Shown here one piece after another: positions 47,663 through 49,710 of a stretch of DNA of 49,710 bases. Numbering within the stretch: position 1 is the first letter of the stretch; each line of letters starts with the position of its first letter. The stretch spans positions 16,576 through 66,285 of the forward strand of contig DHXN01000008.1 of the NCBI GenBank assembly GCA_002413705.1. The letters are read 5' to 3'. This DNA comes from Candidatus Nomurabacteria bacterium UBA5155 (GTDB lineage: Bacteria; Patescibacteriota; Minisyncoccia; Phycocordibacterales; UBA9973). The notes below the pieces were generated by a model that was not told the origin of the DNA, ran no database searches, and saw only the letters and a program-made list of their open reading frames with translations. The position numbers and the translations under genes were made by a program.

Positions 47663-49045
47663 ATGAATACATCAAACGCCGTTCGCGGCAACAACTCTTC
47701 GGCTCGCCGGAGTTTTAACGGAGGCGGCTCTCGTTCAGAGAGTTCCAGTAGTCGTGGCCCACGTACAGCATCAGCTGGTGGGGCATCTTCTGCACCTCGT
47801 ACAAATTACGCTTCACGCGGCAGCTTCAGTGGAGCTCGCAGTTCCGGGTCATCATTCGGTGGTGGTTCTCGCGGTGGCTTCTCAGGTGGTTCACGTGGTG
47901 GATTTTCCGGTGGCGGCCGTCCAAAAGGACGCTCATTCAAAGGTGACAATATCGACACTTCACGATTTATCAATCGTGCTACAGCAGTAGAAGAAGTGGC
48001 ACATGTTGCCAAGCATACATTTGCTGATTTTAATGTACATCCTGCCCTTCAAGCCAATCTTGATGCCAAAGGATTCGTACAGCCTTCACCAATTCAAGAC
48101 CAGGCTATTCCGGTAGCACTCGAAGGTCGCGATGTTATTGGTATCGCTAATACTGGCACTGGTAAAACAGTAGCCTTTCTTATTCCTATCATCAACAAGT
48201 TGGTAAGCGATCGCAATCAAAATGTCATGATCCTTACTCCTACTCGAGAACTTGCACAGCAAATTGAAACAGAATTTCGTGCGTTGACTGCAAACATGAA
48301 ATTGTGGAGTGTCTGCGTGGTGGGAGGACTGCCAATCATGCGTCAGATTCGCTCGCTTGAAATGGGTGTGCATGCCGTGATCGGTACTCCTGGACGTGTC
48401 AAAGATCTTATCGCTCGCGGCAAGATCAACATGCCAAAATACAACACTATCGTGCTCGACGAAGCAGACCGTATGTTGGACATGGGATTCATCGACGACA
48501 TGAAAATGATTCTTGGCGGTATGCCAAAAGAACGACAGACATTGTTCTTCTCCGCGACATTTTCTCCAGATATCAAAGCACTTTGTTCTCAGTTTCTTAC
48601 TGACCCTGTAACAGTTGCGATCAAAACTCGTGATACTGCTGCAAACGTGGACCAAGACGTGATTCGTGTTGGACATGTTTCAGAAAAGATTGAAAAGCTT
48701 CATGAACTTCTTAACAAAGAAGAATTCAAGAAAGTATTGATCTTCCGCGAAACAAAGCATCACACTGACGAACTTGCAAAAGAACTTCGTGGCCGTGGCT
48801 TCGCAGTATCTGCATTGCACGGCGACATGCGTTCTCGCGAACGATCTCGTGCTGTTGAGTCTCTGACCAAAGGACAAATCCAAGTTGTGGTGGCAACCGA
48901 CGTTGCTGCTCGCGGTATTGATATTCCTGATATCACTCACGTGATCAACTACGATACTCCTTCAACCTACGATACTTATGTGCACCGTATCGGCCGTACT
49001 GGTCGCGGGGACAAGAAAGGTGTAGCACTGACTTTTGTTCGATAA
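47663..49045 (+). CDS. DEAD-box RNA helicase with an RGG-rich N-terminal extension
   Basis: Q motif, ANTGTGKT, PTRELA, TPGR, DEAD, SAT, ARGID, HRIGRTGR. Confidence 0.97.
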   Translation: MNTSNAVRGNNSSARRSFNGGGSRSESSSSRGPRTASAGGASSAPRTNYASRGSFSGARSSGSSFGGGSRGGFSGGSRGGFSGGGRPKGRSFKGDNIDTSRFINRATAVEEVAHVAKHTFADFNVHPALQANLDAKGFVQPSPIQDQAIPVALEGRDVIGIANTGTGKTVAFLIPIINKLVSDRNQNVMILTPTRELAQQIETEFRALTANMKLWSVCVVGGLPIMRQIRSLEMGVHAVIGTPGRVKDLIARGKINMPKYNTIVLDEADRMLDMGFIDDMKMILGGMPKERQTLFFSATFSPDIKALCSQFLTDPVTVAIKTRDTAANVDQDVIRVGHVSEKIEKLHELLNKEEFKKVLIFRETKHHTDELAKELRGRGFAVSALHGDMRSRERSRAVESLTKGQIQVVVATDVAARGIDIPDITHVINYDTPSTYDTYVHRIGRTGRGDKKGVALTFVR

Positions 49046-49055
49046 TTGAAATAGA

Positions 49056-49087
49056 AAAAAGGCCACACCGTCAGGTGTGGCCTTTTT
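49056..49087 (+). terminator. Intrinsic terminator
   Basis: AAAAAGGCCACACC-GTCA-GGTGTGGCCTTTTT. Confidence 0.88.
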
Positions 49088-49203
49088 GTTGAATTAATCT
49101 GTCTTTATGGTATCTTTTACAACAGGCGTTAGTGGTTGTAAGCAAAGCTTGCAACGGCTTCGCTCGGACAAAAAATGAGCAAGCTCTTTTTTGCTCCTCG
49201 CTC

Positions 49204-49279
49204 GCCGTTGTAGCTCATTTGGTAGAGCATGTCCATGGTAAGGACAAGGTAATCGGTTCGATCCCGATCAACGGCTCCA
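49204..49279 (+). tRNA. tRNA-Thr(GGT)
   Basis: GCCGTTG/CAACGGC; TGTCC-AT GGT AA-GGACA; encoded CCA. Confidence 0.93.
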
Positions 49280-49379
49280 AAAAATAAAACCCTCATTACG
49301 AATAACGAGGGTTAGTACTAGCAAACTGTTCGTGCAAATAAGAAGGTCCGCTGCGACAGTGTGGGCTAGCAAGGTTTTA

Positions 49380-49709
49380 CTAAAGAAAATAATGTCCAAT
49401 TTCATTCCAACTTCTCAATCGATAATAAATTTCTTCAATGTGATCATTTACACCGAGCGGATCGAATAAATAGGAAGTAAGAACATCTTGCACCTTGAGT
49501 ATCTCACTGGCGCTATCATCTATAAATCCAACTTTATTTCCAGGAAAGTTTTTAATAAATTCTCTTTTAGAAATTTCATTATATTTTCCATCACCGAGAT
49601 GTTCCCACACGCAATGAATGCCATTGATGCAGCCTGGAATATGATTTTCAATCAAATGCTCAATAACACTCAGACCATCTTTCGGTCGCGCGGTCACTGT
49701 CCATAATTC
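49380..49709 (-). CDS. HAD-like / 5'(3')-nucleotidase-like protein (3' part; start is outside the window)
   Basis: VTAR, K, FIDD, LFD, SWNEI motifs; frame open to the window edge. Confidence 0.7.
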   Translation of the reverse strand, partial: ELWTVTARPKDGLSVIEHLIENHIPGCINGIHCVWEHLGDGKYNEISKREFIKNFPGNKVGFIDDSASEILKVQDVLTSYLFDPLGVNDHIEEIYYRLRSWNEIGHYFL

Positions 49710-49710
49710 A

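Noticed and set aside
48038..48046. CATCCTGCC match to the cassette repeat
   Set aside because: Only 9 nt, inside the helicase coding sequence, with non-matching flanks.
49280..49379. HDV-like (theta) ribozyme after tRNA-Thr
   Set aside because: I could not build the nested double pseudoknot by eye; the tRNA already encodes CCA and is followed by a hairpin.

Overview
Chromosomal segment of a small-genome bacterium. Gene content and style point to Patescibacteria/CPR, probably Parcubacteria (inference), using standard genetic code 11. Core genes are rplT(partial)-rpmI-infC, a truB-like gene, smpB-tmRNA, ftsH, recG, ligA, gatCA, a DEAD-box helicase, eight tRNAs and a large type IV pilus/competence locus (radC, comF, pilMNO, pilB, pilT, pilC, pilA, pilD, four minor pilins). 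Best candidate for a new system: three tandem units of 688, 707 and 670 bp stacked on the 3' end of an unusual tRNA-Ser(ACT), each closed by a 27-bp repeat that mimics the tRNA 3' end. This looks like a tRNA-anchored, integron-like cassette array; its cargo is a nucleotidyltransferase, a cupin and a Tgs1-like methyltransferase. Other notable signals: rare anticodons (Ser-ACT alongside Ser-GCT; Ile-TAT), two LAGLIDADG-type ORFs whose stop codon is tRNA nucleotides 8-10, a probable DGR variable-region target gene between pilB and pilT, a BECR-like ORF with a convergent promoter-driven ~130-nt structured RNA between pilA and pilD, and pervasive leaderless promoters. All calls are by eye from motifs; no database searches or folding programs were run.
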